IMG/VR virus record: IMGVR_UViG_3300043446_004967 | Coordinates: 46,898-110,897 of that record | Direction: 5' to 3' (one strand) | DNA length: 64,000 nucleotides | DNA from: a virus | Shown here: piece after piece, positions 8,120 through 17,623 of the stretch | Layout: each line of letters starts with the position of its first letter | Numbering within the stretch: the first letter of the stretch is position 1 | Position numbers and translations under genes: made by a program | Notes under the pieces: generated by a model | What the model saw: the letters and a program-made list of their open reading frames with translations, nothing else | Told to the model about the DNA's origin: nothing | Databases searched by the model: none

Positions 8120-9400
8120 ATAAAAAACCCTCAAAAAAAATGCGGGCGAAGAAACGCGAAGGGTATACTCATAGTAAGTCAGTGATAGTTGGACCCCGGA
8201 AAAATAATTTCCGCCGAAACGGCCGCCCCCGGATAAATAATTTCTACTATACTATCGTACAATACCACGTAATAAAATACCCGCCGACCCGCCGCAAGTT
8301 CTTGCAATATAACCTGCTATAAGACACCTTCGCATCCCGCAATGTAATTTACTATACTACCCCATAATGGGCGACAACCGCCCCTAACCCGATTTACTAT
8401 CTACTATCCGTAAAACCAATTTACTATCTACTATTTGAAAATCCCGTCTACTATTTGGAAATAAAATACCGTCTACTATCACGCAATCCAATTTACTATC
8501 TACTATTTGGGGCCGCAAATTCTTGCAGAAAATAGGGAAAAAGGGCTGCAATAACTTGCAAAAAATGCTTAGATAAAGGCCCGGCTAAGGTAAGATTGGC
8601 CTTTCTGCAAGAAATTGCAGGCACAAAAAAGGGCAAAAAAAGGGGCAAAACAGAGCTGCAATAACTTGCAAAAAATAGGAAAAGCGGGCAAGATGAGGCT
8701 CTGCAAATTCTTGCAGGACCGCAAAACAAGGCAAAAAGGGCCGCAATTTCTTGCAGAAAAGGGCCGCAATAACTTGCAAAAAATACCCAAAACAGCCCTT
8801 TTGATGACCTTCTCCCCGATAGGAGAATCCGCTAAACCCCCTTTTGATGACCTCCGCTCCGATAGGCGAAAACGCCCCGGTACCCCCAAAACAGGCGAAA
8901 ACAGGCCCAAAAGTGCCAAAACTAGGGCAGATTGAGCGAATCTGCTATGGTTTTGGGTCGGATTTGGGTCGAATTTACCCCCGATTTACCCCGAATATTC
9001 CGTCTAAAGATAACTTCTCTCTTAGTAGGTATCTTGGGTATCTTGGTTGTAGTTGGACCCCGGAAAAATAATTTTCGTTTTGTTGGCCCGGAAAAATTGC
9101 CGTTTATTGCCGTTTATTGCCGTTTATTGCATGTTATTGCAAGAACGCGCAGGGGATCCAAAAGGGATTGAGAAGGTATTGAGGGAGAGGGGTATAGGTA
9201 ACGTAGGGTATCTAGGGGAAGTGTGGCCCCGGAAAAATAATTTCGTAAAAGAACCCCGCAATAATATGCAGTAGTAGGTAATAACGTGAAGTACGGGAGG
9301 AGGTAACGGACGGGTATAGGTAGGGGAAGTGTGGCCCCGGAAAAATTAAACGCAAAATATTGCGGATACAAAAAAGCCCCGACACCGATCGACGATACCG
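8120..9400. repeat. repeat-rich non-coding block (possible origin, terminal-repeat junction or packaging/injection signal)
   Basis: multiple TACTAT, TGCAA-N3/4-TTGCA and CCCCGGAAAAATAATTT copies, (GCCGTTTATT)x3, two 24-27 bp direct repeats; no credible ORF. Confidence 0.75.
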
Positions 9401-9431
9401 AGGCTTTCAAAATAACGGGAACCCGGCCCCC

Positions 9432-9593
9432 CTACCTCCCCTTAGGAAACGGAGGAAATTGCAAATCATGCAGACGCGACACTTTCGCGTCAACCCGCCT
9501 TATCGCCCAAAAAAGCATTAACCAATTTAGAAAATTTAATAAATCGGCGTAATGGGTAAAGAACGCCGCTACGTCTTTTAATAAATCAGCCAT
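9432..9593 (-). CDS. small membrane protein (53 aa)
   Basis: MADLLKDVAAFFTHYADLLNFLNWLMLFWAIRR..., read by hand; closely follows the next small ORF. Confidence 0.5.
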   Translation of the reverse strand: MADLLKDVAAFFTHYADLLNFLNWLMLFWAIRRVDAKVSRLHDLQFPPFPKGR

Positions 9594-9596
9594 GCT

Positions 9597-9680
9597 TTAC
9601 AAGCCCTCAAAGTAAAAATGTAAAATATACACAGTAATGCTAATCAGCATTACCAAAATAACCCCTGCCTCCGGAGTCAT
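9597..9680 (-). CDS. 27-aa single-TM peptide
   Basis: MTPEAGVILVMLISITVYILHFYFEGL, read by hand. Confidence 0.45.
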   Translation of the reverse strand: MTPEAGVILVMLISITVYILHFYFEGL

Positions 9681-9688
9681 TAAAAACA

Positions 9689-9973
9689 TTATAACAGCAT
9701 CCCCCAAAAAAAGTCAAAGGCCACATGCCTTCGGTACATCGGACCCTTCTTTACCTCCGCCGTACCCTTGAAAAACGTGAGAAGCGGCGCCGCTTTGGTA
9801 TCCTCCCCTAAATAAACCCGAGTCTCCGAGGACTCATCCATAATCGCCGCGACCCGTGTAAAATAGGGCACCGCCTCAGACACAAATGAGCCGCGCCTAA
9901 ACACAACGCCCGTATCATGAGCCTGTCCGTTACGGTCGTAGGTGCGCCACAGGTAAGAAATATACTCTCTCAT
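9689..9973 (-). CDS. hypothetical protein
   Basis: 94-aa ORF in a tight operon. Confidence 0.6.
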   Translation of the reverse strand: MREYISYLWRTYDRNGQAHDTGVVFRRGSFVSEAVPYFTRVAAIMDESSETRVYLGEDTKAAPLLTFFKGTAEVKKGPMYRRHVAFDFFWGMLL

Positions 9974-9982
9974 ATACCCGCC

Positions 9983-10063
9983 TTAGTCCCCAGAAGACGT
10001 TATCACTAACGCGCCTAATACCAAAAACGGCACAAAAACAATCAAAATCTTTACCGTTTCCAT
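9983..10063 (-). CDS. 26-aa single-TM peptide
   Basis: METVKILIVFVPFLVLGALVITSSGD, AAGGGG RBS. Confidence 0.45.
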   Translation of the reverse strand: METVKILIVFVPFLVLGALVITSSGD

Positions 10064-10069
10064 AAAAAG

Positions 10070-10126
10070 CTACCCCTTCCATAAAATTTTAATAAACACA
10101 CATAGGAAACCTAAGAAAGGCAGCAT
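10070..10126 (-). CDS. 18-aa hydrophobic peptide
   Basis: MLPFLGFLCVFIKILWKG after AAGAGG RBS. Confidence 0.4.
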   Translation of the reverse strand: MLPFLGFLCVFIKILWKG

Positions 10127-10301
10127 TCTAACCTCTTTTATTGTTAAAAGATTAATTAAAAGACTAGGCAACCTCAGAGCACGTACCACACTGGCATAGG
10201 CCCTGCCCGTCAAAACGGAACTGGGCGAAACGCCCGCCTCTACACGGGCGCCCGCTGAGGTATACAGCACGGCAGCCTCTTTTTCGTCGGCTAATACCCC
10301 A

Positions 10302-10335
10302 AAACTACACCTTTTAGTGTCGCTTGTCGAGGGAC
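10302..10335 (-). promoter_or_regulatory. degenerate early promoter copy
   Basis: TCGACA-17-TAGTTT within GTCCCTCGACAAGCGAC. Confidence 0.55.
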
Positions 10336-10430
10336 AAAACAACGCACCCCTAAAAGAAACTGTGGTCAATCTGCTACGGTTTTTTGCCGCGAGGGGTAGC
10401 GGCCACACACATACCCGCCAAGGTGGCCGC

Positions 10431-10838
10431 TCATTTTCGCGCAATTTCTGAGGACAAGGGGTTAACTGCAACCCCTTGTCGGAGCACTTCGTAGTGAAGA
10501 TGAGGCCCCGTGGAATATCCCGTAGACCCTACGTAACCAATTATCGCCCCTCGCGTCACGGACGCCCCCGGCCTAACGCCATCAGCAAAACGGGATAAGT
10601 GCGCGTAACGAGTAGCTAAGCCCGCAGCGTGACGTAGCGTAACCATATTCCCGTAGCCGCCACGCCTTCCCGCAGACTTTACCACGCCGTCCCCCGTCGC
10701 ATATACGGGCGTCCCCAAAGGGGCGGCAAAATCCACGCCCTTATGCATACGAGAGCACTTAGCAATAGGATGACGCCGGCGTCCGAATCGAGAAGTAATC
10801 CGGGCGTGTTTAATAGGCAGCCCCAACGAAGGGCACAC
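10431..10838 (-). CDS. M23 family metallopeptidase domain
   Basis: HKGVDFAAP, GGYGN, YAHLS, STGPHLHYEV motifs; probably translated via a -1 frameshift from the upstream ORF. Confidence 0.93.
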   Translation of the reverse strand: MCPSLGLPIKHARITSRFGRRRHPIAKCSRMHKGVDFAAPLGTPVYATGDGVVKSAGRRGGYGNMVTLRHAAGLATRYAHLSRFADGVRPGASVTRGAIIGYVGSTGYSTGPHLHYEVLRQGVAVNPLSSEIARK

Positions 10839-10849
10839 GGCGCCCCCGG

Positions 10850-11473
10850 CTACGAGGCAGGCTTTTTTCCGGAAGGCTCTCCCTCTTTAGAAGGAAGGCC
10901 GTCGCCCCCAAAAAACCGATCAAGCAGACCCACGTCTGACTTAGGGGGAAGCTGTTCCCCCTCGTCCCCGGCTGGCGTATCGCCGTTGTACCTTGGGCCC
11001 GGCAAAACTCCGTCGGGGCCTGACCCCGAAGACGGCGCAATGACTTTCGTCTGCCCCTCCCCGTCGTGCTGGTCAACGAAGTCCCCCAAAGAGGACTCCT
11101 TCTCCGGGGCATACGCGACTTCCGCCCGAGCCGTTTGCCCCGAAGCAAGAAAAGACCTGCGAGCCGGGTAATAAGCATACTCGTTACCGCCCTTAACAAA
11201 AGCGACCCTCGCTCCCTTACCGTGAATCTCCGAAGCAAACCCTATTAATGCCCCCGGCCCCCCTTCCAAAATGTGCCGCTGGTAAACGGACTCGCATCCG
11301 TCAATGATTTTATCCTCAGTGTACGTATAGTCGCATACGTAGCGGGTAGCTCTTTGCGCCTCCGCCAAAGACGCCTCCAACCCTTTCAGCTGCGAGCGGG
11401 CGCTTAGTCTTCCGCTTACCGCTCCAACGACAACCGCAACTACGGCGACCGCCCCAAACAATTTTTTTGTCAT
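10850..11473 (-). CDS. membrane-anchored/secreted protein, N-terminal part of the M23 enzyme
   Basis: N-terminal hydrophobic anchor and coiled coil; ends 9 nt after an in-frame A-AAA-AAG. Confidence 0.75.
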   Translation of the reverse strand: MTKKLFGAVAVVAVVVGAVSGRLSARSQLKGLEASLAEAQRATRYVCDYTYTEDKIIDGCESVYQRHILEGGPGALIGFASEIHGKGARVAFVKGGNEYAYYPARRSFLASGQTARAEVAYAPEKESSLGDFVDQHDGEGQTKVIAPSSGSGPDGVLPGPRYNGDTPAGDEGEQLPPKSDVGLLDRFFGGDGLPSKEGEPSGKKPAS

Positions 11474-11519
11474 AATTTTTTAGTCTCCTTATTTTATAAA
11501 TTGCCCCCGGACAAGCCGT

Positions 11520-11852
11520 CTAAGGACGCAAAGGAGCAAGCAAAACGCTCGGACGAGATGCCCGCGCGGAGGGGTTCCCCTCATCGTCATCGTCATCGCC
11601 ATCTTCATGGCTGTCCCGCTCCGGAGCCGGAAGATACGACACGGGCGCCGCGCGAGGAATAGCCCGAAGATGCGGGCTAAGCGCGTGCTGGAATCCCAGC
11701 CCCAAGGAAAGCAGCGAAACGGCAATTAAGGCCGCCGCCGTTGTAATCCAAACCCCCCCACGCTCAGCGGTCTTCGCCTTGGCCCCGGCGAATAAGGCCG
11801 CAACACCGGAAATAATAGTAACGCCGAAAGCTAGTAAAATGTAATAGTCCAT
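11520..11852 (-). CDS. two-TM membrane protein
   Basis: two hydrophobic segments, acidic tail. Confidence 0.65.
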   Translation of the reverse strand: MDYYILLAFGVTIISGVAALFAGAKAKTAERGGVWITTAAALIAVSLLSLGLGFQHALSPHLRAIPRAAPVSYLPAPERDSHEDGDDDDDEGNPSARASRPSVLLAPLRP

Positions 11853-11956
11853 ATTATGTAGGCCCCTTCTTCTTTACTGATTTTCATTTTATGGGGGGCC
11901 TCAGAACGACCCCCCTAGGCATAGTACCGCAACGAAATTAAAAATGCACGGAGAAA

Positions 11957-12310
11957 TTACCACTCCTCCTTGGGCGCAGGTTCCTGCGTGCGGACCCATG
12001 CTAGTAGGGAACTGACGGCCCCGAAAAAATGAGCGGCCACAGCGTCCCCTTCGCACTTCTGCTGCATAGACGGTAACAAATCTGCAATAACTTGCGCCGC
12101 GCTTCGCGGGATCGGGCATGTAGGAGAGGTCAACACCTCAACACACTCCGCCCCCACGCCTAACGAAGCGAAAGTATGATAAGTAACGAGTAATTCGTGC
12201 AAGGTACACGCCCCCGCATTGACTACGACGGGTAACGCGTCGTTCTCCTCCTCCAGCCCCGCTAAAGCCACGCGCAGCTGCCCTAGGTTAGTAATCGTGC
12301 GCCCCCTCAT
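11957..12310 (-). CDS. hypothetical protein
   Basis: 117 aa, directly follows dut. Confidence 0.6.
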   Translation of the reverse strand: MRGRTITNLGQLRVALAGLEEENDALPVVVNAGACTLHELLVTYHTFASLGVGAECVEVLTSPTCPIPRSAAQVIADLLPSMQQKCEGDAVAAHFFGAVSSLLAWVRTQEPAPKEEW

Positions 12311-12312
12311 AA

Positions 12313-12828
12313 CTAAACGACCCCCTCGTCTTCGTAGCGTAAGCCGGTGTTGCTAAGCGTTAAACTCTTTACCGAGGCGCCTGTCTGCCCGGTGGAACCA
12401 AACCCCCCCGCACCCCGCTTGGTGTCGCCCAGCTCCTCAGCCCACGCTAAGGCGACCTTTTGCACGCGCGCAATAACCATCTGCGCCACCCGTTGCCCCG
12501 GCTCAATTAAGCACGGCTCGTCAGAAAGGTTAATTAATAAAACGCTAATCTCCCCCCGATAGTCGGAATCTACCGTTCCCGGCGCATTGGCGACAGTTAC
12601 CCCGAACTTAAGCGCAAGGCCGGAACGAGGGCGAAGCTGTGCCTCATAGCCTTCCGGCAGTTCCAACGCGATTCCGCACGGAATCAACGCGCGGCGCAAC
12701 GGTTGAAGGATCAGCGACTCGGGGATAGCGGCGTGCAGGTCCATACCTGCGCTTCCTTCCGTCGCGTAAGCGGGAAGCAGCGCCCCGCCACGCACGTCTT
12801 TAACTTTAACCCTGAGCATCAGTACCAT
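12313..12828 (-). CDS. dut: dUTP diphosphatase (trimeric)
   Basis: [36 protein letters not shown] motifs. Confidence 0.97.
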   Translation of the reverse strand: MVLMLRVKVKDVRGGALLPAYATEGSAGMDLHAAIPESLILQPLRRALIPCGIALELPEGYEAQLRPRSGLALKFGVTVANAPGTVDSDYRGEISVLLINLSDEPCLIEPGQRVAQMVIARVQKVALAWAEELGDTKRGAGGFGSTGQTGASVKSLTLSNTGLRYEDEGVV

Positions 12829-13213
12829 CTCCTTGGTTATGCACGCGCATGAGGCTCAAGGTCACGCGTGCTGCGGTAAGTCTTAGTTTAATTACGCCTT
12901 CCGACGTAACGGATATGCCGTCCGCACGAGGTATGGGATACGTTGCTACACGACCTGTCCGCATTTCCTGTAGACGAAAACTCCTCTTTACCCCCCGATA
13001 CCTCCCTAATATGCCGGAAAGTCCGTTATCCGACGGCAGCCCCCAAGGAAGTAGCTCGACCTCCGTAGGGACACAGGGGAACCCGGGCGTACCGCACTTA
13101 GACGGTACCCTCGGACTAAACGGTTCCGCCTGTAGGGTAAGGCGGCAACGAGGGGCCAACTGCAACCACCTCGTTACCTCCGAGGGGTTTTTTAACGGAA
13201 CAGCAGCCCCCAT
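12806..13213 (-). CDS. hypothetical protein
   Basis: 135-aa ORF in operon. Confidence 0.5.
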   Translation of the reverse strand: MGAAVPLKNPSEVTRWLQLAPRCRLTLQAEPFSPRVPSKCGTPGFPCVPTEVELLPWGLPSDNGLSGILGRYRGVKRSFRLQEMRTGRVATYPIPRADGISVTSEGVIKLRLTAARVTLSLMRVHNQGDGTDAQG

Positions 13214-13318
13214 AAAAGCGCCCCCAAAATAATAATTATTAGGGCGTAAAAAAGCACCTTAGCCAGTGCCCCTAACGCACAGCTAAGCGCCTCTAAAAAT
13301 TCCTGCATACTCCTCCGC

Positions 13319-13537
13319 TTATACCAACGGCGGCTGCAACGTCACGAAGTGTTGCGCCACCTTTAAAATATCTTTTTTAGTTTTGGGGCAGGCGGCCCCG
13401 GCCAGCCGCTGGAACTCGCGTTTTTTGCAAGCCCCGCACACAGGCGCGATCACGGCCCCTATCGCCGCCAACAATTCTTGCAGCGTTACAAGGTCATCCT
13501 CATACTGCTCCCACTGAAAAACAGGCTTCGCCGACAC
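13319..13537 (-). CDS. hypothetical protein
   Basis: 72-aa ORF, CxxC. Confidence 0.5.
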   Translation of the reverse strand: MSAKPVFQWEQYEDDLVTLQELLAAIGAVIAPVCGACKKREFQRLAGAACPKTKKDILKVAQHFVTLQPPLV

Positions 13538-13554
13538 CGCACGCCCCCAAAAAA

Positions 13555-13971
13555 TTAAAGGTTAGCCGGAACGTCTAACAGCTCTGCAAGCGTTTGCAGA
13601 ACCTTCTTCTCCTCCTCGTTCGGCTCCTCACCGGCGACAACCCACCCGAAAGCATAAATGTCTTGCGCAATGTCCCCGGTGCCCTTCATCGCCACCACTT
13701 GACGCCGCAGCTCCAACTGGCCTTGTACATCCCCCACAAGGGACATGGCCTCGTTAAACGCCCCCCTAATCTCCTTCTCTTCAAAATAATTTCCGATTTT
13801 TTTGTGTCTTAGCAGTAACGCCAAGGTTACTTCACGCTCTGCGGGCTCCGCCTTCTTGTCTGCGTAAGCAACTAAGGCACACGCAGCAGCGGCCGCTGAC
13901 AACACCTTCTGACGCTCAACGCCTTCACCCGTAAACTTAGCGAACGTCTTACCAAAATTAAACAATCCCAT
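13555..13971 (-). CDS. TerB-family (tellurite resistance-like) protein
   Basis: AAACALVAYAD...E.E motif and C-terminal E..EK..L..LA..L typical of phage TerB. Confidence 0.8.
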   Translation of the reverse strand: MGLFNFGKTFAKFTGEGVERQKVLSAAAAACALVAYADKKAEPAEREVTLALLLRHKKIGNYFEEKEIRGAFNEAMSLVGDVQGQLELRRQVVAMKGTGDIAQDIYAFGWVVAGEEPNEEEKKVLQTLAELLDVPANL

Positions 13972-14370
13972 AGTAAACCCCTTTATAGCTTAAATTTTTT
14001 GTTAGAATTATCCCCCGCCGTAACCTCAGTCGTCCGGACGGCGGAGCTTATCCCACCAGCGAACTATTTTTACCGTACACCAGACTAACAAAACTATGCC
14101 GCCCAGCGCGAGGCCCGCGACAATCTTATTACCAGACACAAATACGTCCATTTTTTCCTCTTTTTATACAAATTCCTTAGACTCTTAGACGGTTCTAGCC
14201 CGCTTACGTGATTAGCGCAAGCGGAATCGCTCAGGGCCGATCGTTCCACAAAAACAACGCCAAAAGTGCAATACCGCAAACTAACACAACGGGGCCGTCC
14301 CCCGCCGCTCTTATCTCGTGAAACAGCGCGCCCGCAAGATGATAGAGGAGAATAAGGCCGCTGACTATAA

Positions 14371-14886
14371 TCATCCCAAGGAGGAAGTACTCGACGGGAT
14401 CCTTATTAGTATTATTAACTCCCCTCCCCTCCCCTCCGTCGGAACGGGAAGGGGGTCCGCGTTCGGCCTGCTCCGTTTTTGCGGACCCCGCTCTGCAAAA
14501 ATATCTATAAAACGTTTTCGTACGTCCTCGTTGGAAAGGGAACAACACTCGCGTTCGGCGCGTGTTATTTTGCGTAGGTGCTCCGTAAGGCGGAACTCCG
14601 TCTTGCTGACATGACGAGGATCCAATCCAAGATCTTCCATGACATCTTTAACATTGCTCCCCTCGACAAAGCGGAGCGCCGTCTCCAAGGTGCATTTAAC
14701 CTCTCGACAACGCTTTAATAGACTTCCCATACTCATGTCCACGTACCGCTCGTGGCCGAGAGGCCAACGGCACCTCGACACAACGTCGCTATGGAGACGC
14801 GCGACCTCACGGTCGGCGTGAAGCGTAACTTTGTGGTATTCGGCCACAACCGGAGGAACCCGATCAAACCTGTCCCAGTGCGTCAT
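14371..14886 (-). CDS. hypothetical protein
   Basis: 171 aa, GGGAGG RBS. Confidence 0.6.
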   Translation of the reverse strand: MTHWDRFDRVPPVVAEYHKVTLHADREVARLHSDVVSRCRWPLGHERYVDMSMGSLLKRCREVKCTLETALRFVEGSNVKDVMEDLGLDPRHVSKTEFRLTEHLRKITRAERECCSLSNEDVRKRFIDIFAERGPQKRSRPNADPLPVPTEGRGGELIILIRIPSSTSSLG

Positions 14887-14901
14887 TAAGGCGCCTCCCT
14901 T

Positions 14902-15279
14902 CTATTGGAAAATTCTTTTTATTAACTCCCGCGCCCCTTCGTCGGAAAGGGAGGGGAGTTCGCGTTCTGCCTGGGCTACCCGAGATAACCCCCAAGCGGG
15001 GCGTTCCTCCGCTAACTCTATGGTCGAGGAGCCGTAGCAAAAACTAGCCATCGCACCCTCCACGCCGCTCTCTCGCCAGAAATTTGCAGCAGCGACGAAA
15101 TCTTCTTTTATCCAGACCAGCCGCTGGGCTATCTTTTCTTTATTCATTTCCCAATATTGTTCGTGGCCCGGCGGCCAGTCATCCATTGAGGAAATATCGC
15201 TCAGGAGATTTTCTATTTCCCCTTCCGCGCTGCGCATAAGTCTGAGAAACTCTTCATAAGTTTCTAAGGGGCTGTTCAT
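14902..15279 (-). CDS. hypothetical protein
   Basis: 125 aa, GAGGGG RBS. Confidence 0.7.
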   Translation of the reverse strand: MNSPLETYEEFLRLMRSAEGEIENLLSDISSMDDWPPGHEQYWEMNKEKIAQRLVWIKEDFVAAANFWRESGVEGAMASFCYGSSTIELAEERPAWGLSRVAQAERELPSLSDEGARELIKRIFQ

Positions 15280-15298
15280 TTATATCCCCTCTACTTCT

Positions 15299-15439
15299 CT
15301 ACTTTAACTCGTTCACTTTTGGCTTTTGTTGTGCCAAAATAACATCTAAGGTGGCATTTAACTTCGTCACGGCAATGAGAAGTTTTAAAACCGCTTCGCA
15401 TGCCTCTTTTTCTTTTTTCTTTTTGTCAAATCAAAACAT
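15299..15439 (-). pseudogene. small ORF with in-frame TGA at codon 3
   Basis: AAGGAGG RBS, then ATG TTT TGA TTT GAC AAA..., open to TAG at 15299. Confidence 0.4.
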
Positions 15440-15458
15440 TAGGAAGCCTCCTTTTTTG

Positions 15459-15821
15459 TTACAAATCGTTTTCTTCTATATCCACTACTTCGTCATAAAC
15501 CATCTCTACCTCTGGATGGCGCTCAAACAAATCGTATAGTTTATCAAAAAACTCATAGTAATCGCCGTTTCCTGCGCATAGTAGATAAGGTTTTCGGTGT
15601 AGCATTATGATGTACCCCCGCGCATAGAAACTCGACATACTCAATGTTATTTCAACATTAACACGCCGATTGCCTATCATTTCCTCAAAATGTCTGTTGT
15701 AGTCCATAAAGAGAGGTATCATGAGGCGCAAAAGCTTCCCCAAATTCGGATCTTCACTAATAGCGCTCTCAATTTCTTCCTTTTGTTTATATAGGTAGAA
15801 ATTTTCTGGGTTCCAGTTCAC
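15459..15821 (-). CDS. hypothetical protein (AT-rich island)
   Basis: 120 aa, start overlaps the upstream stop. Confidence 0.7.
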   Translation of the reverse strand: MNWNPENFYLYKQKEEIESAISEDPNLGKLLRLMIPLFMDYNRHFEEMIGNRRVNVEITLSMSSFYARGYIIMLHRKPYLLCAGNGDYYEFFDKLYDLFERHPEVEMVYDEVVDIEENDL

Positions 15822-16411
15822 TACTTTCCCTCCTCCGCTCTTGACGACGCCACTCGGCTAAGATTTTGCGGTACACCCGTCGGGTTTTTTTCCGTTATTT
15901 CCAAGTCAGAACACGCACTGACTGCTTTAATAAGCTCGGCTATTATATGAAGATTGTCAAACTTATCAAATGAACCCAGTTCATAAGCCCATCCCAAATG
16001 GTTATGCTGGTACGCTTCTTTTTTTTGCTCCTCTTTATGTGAAAATTTTATGTAGTATCGGTCGTGCGGCCATACAAAATTGTTTTGGTAATTGTTTTTT
16101 TTGCTTCTGGCTTTCGCTTTTTTCCCCCACCTATCCTCCCATCTTTTGTCCCATCGACGCCCGCCCTGTCTCTGAATGCGGACGGTAAATTCGCCTGTTT
16201 GGTAGTCTTCGCCGATTTGGCCAAGGGTGACCCATAACGAGGCAGGCCCCCATTTGCGCCCCCCTTCATCATCCTTGCCTTCTCGCCTTTTTCGGCTGTC
16301 TTTAAACGTTTGTGCCACCAAGTAGGCAAACTTGGCAGCTTCATATAGCCTGCCATGATCCGGAAAGGCGTAAATACCATCTTTTGTGATGGTGCATTTT
16401 GCAATTGTCAT
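15821..16411 (-). CDS. hypothetical protein (AT-rich island)
   Basis: 196 aa, RBS. Confidence 0.7.
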   Translation of the reverse strand: MTIAKCTITKDGIYAFPDHGRLYEAAKFAYLVAQTFKDSRKRREGKDDEGGRKWGPASLWVTLGQIGEDYQTGEFTVRIQRQGGRRWDKRWEDRWGKKAKARSKKNNYQNNFVWPHDRYYIKFSHKEEQKKEAYQHNHLGWAYELGSFDKFDNLHIIAELIKAVSACSDLEITEKNPTGVPQNLSRVASSRAEEGK

Positions 16412-16427
16412 TTTTATGCCCCTTCCT

Positions 16428-17279
16428 TTAGATTAATAATAATTTCTGGGTATCGGCCTCTACGTTCCTTTTTGGGAACATTTCTTCCGACGTATTGATG
16501 TGATATTGAAGCATTCCGTTTTGCTTCGATAAGTTATATGTCGGAGTCTGCGAGTCCCATTCGCAGATCATTAATGTTCTTATTGCATCATTAATACCTA
16601 TTATTAATAAGTAATCCTGCATATTTGTTTCAAATATTTTAAACTGCAATCCCATTTTTTTAATTTCATTAAATACTTCAAATAACGCAATTTTTTTCCT
16701 CACCCTGTGCGCGAGTATATGGGGAAAGGTTCTCTCTCCGTGACCAGTTTGTGCCTCGTCGCAATAATAATCAACCTCCTCGTAATACTTTTCTTCCGCC
16801 AGCTCAATAAGTGCGGATTTGTATTGATCCTCTTTAATAACATCATTTTTAGAGTATTCGTAAAATACCTCCTTACACTCATCTTCTTGTTGGCTTATTC
16901 TTTCGCCCAAGACTAAAAACGACTCGCTTCTTCCGTAGTCCTTTGCTACATTTTCGTGTGACTTTTTTTCGCTATTGATTATTTTATTCCTCATTATTTC
17001 TTTTTGAATATCTTTATTCCATTCGTAAAAATACTCAAAATGAAGCCCGGCCATTCCCTCATCATACGTCACGTATGTTTTATATCTTTTAGTCTTTCTT
17101 GAGCGAGATTCGTAAGTTATTACGGTTCTCGTATCCAATCTTTTTAAACATATAGTGATTTCATACTTCGTAAAAGGGTAACGTACTTCGGCCTTTATAC
17201 CGTTTTTGGTTTTTTCTACTTTTGTTCCTTTTCCTTTTTCTTGGAAAAAGCGCATTAATGTTTTGTCATTAAGTGACAT
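16428..17279 (-). CDS. hypothetical protein (AT-rich island)
   Basis: 283 aa, markedly AT-rich. Confidence 0.75.
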   Translation of the reverse strand: MSLNDKTLMRFFQEKGKGTKVEKTKNGIKAEVRYPFTKYEITICLKRLDTRTVITYESRSRKTKRYKTYVTYDEGMAGLHFEYFYEWNKDIQKEIMRNKIINSEKKSHENVAKDYGRSESFLVLGERISQQEDECKEVFYEYSKNDVIKEDQYKSALIELAEEKYYEEVDYYCDEAQTGHGERTFPHILAHRVRKKIALFEVFNEIKKMGLQFKIFETNMQDYLLIIGINDAIRTLMICEWDSQTPTYNLSKQNGMLQYHINTSEEMFPKRNVEADTQKLLLI

Positions 17280-17314
17280 AAATAACTTTCCCTACTCTCT
17301 GTTACCAGGTGGAC

Positions 17315-17623
17315 TTAATCCGCTTCTCGCGGCCACATCCCAGAACGTTTAAATTCATTCCATTTTTGGAGCCAACGCAGTTCCACAATGGGACGGGTGA
17401 CAAGGTTCAGGCTTTTCCATGCGTCTGAAGCTTTAAGCTTTGCCATAAAGAAATCCGCCTTTTGAGGGCGTATGTATTCATCCCCCGTCATCAATTCGTC
17501 CGCCAGTTTCATGGCGTTTTCGATTTGCATATAATATTTATTATTATTGCAATCATATTGAGCAAAGCGCGGGCGGCCTTTGCTGTCCAAATCGACGGCG
17601 GCGTTGTTGTTGTTATTTTCCAT
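17315..17623 (-). CDS. poly-Asn hypothetical protein (paralog of 19633..20037)
   Basis: MENNNNNAAVDLDSKGRPR...SLNLVTRPIVEL shared with the paralog. Confidence 0.8.
   Translation of the reverse strand: MENNNNNAAVDLDSKGRPRFAQYDCNNNKYYMQIENAMKLADELMTGDEYIRPQKADFFMAKLKASDAWKSLNLVTRPIVELRWLQKWNEFKRSGMWPREAD

Noticed and set aside
8496-9410. ORFs in the repeat block
   Set aside because: Low-complexity translations of DNA motifs with no RBS support
15431-15439. TGA recoding (alternative genetic code)
   Set aside because: A single case; long conserved genes are uninterrupted and several end in TGA
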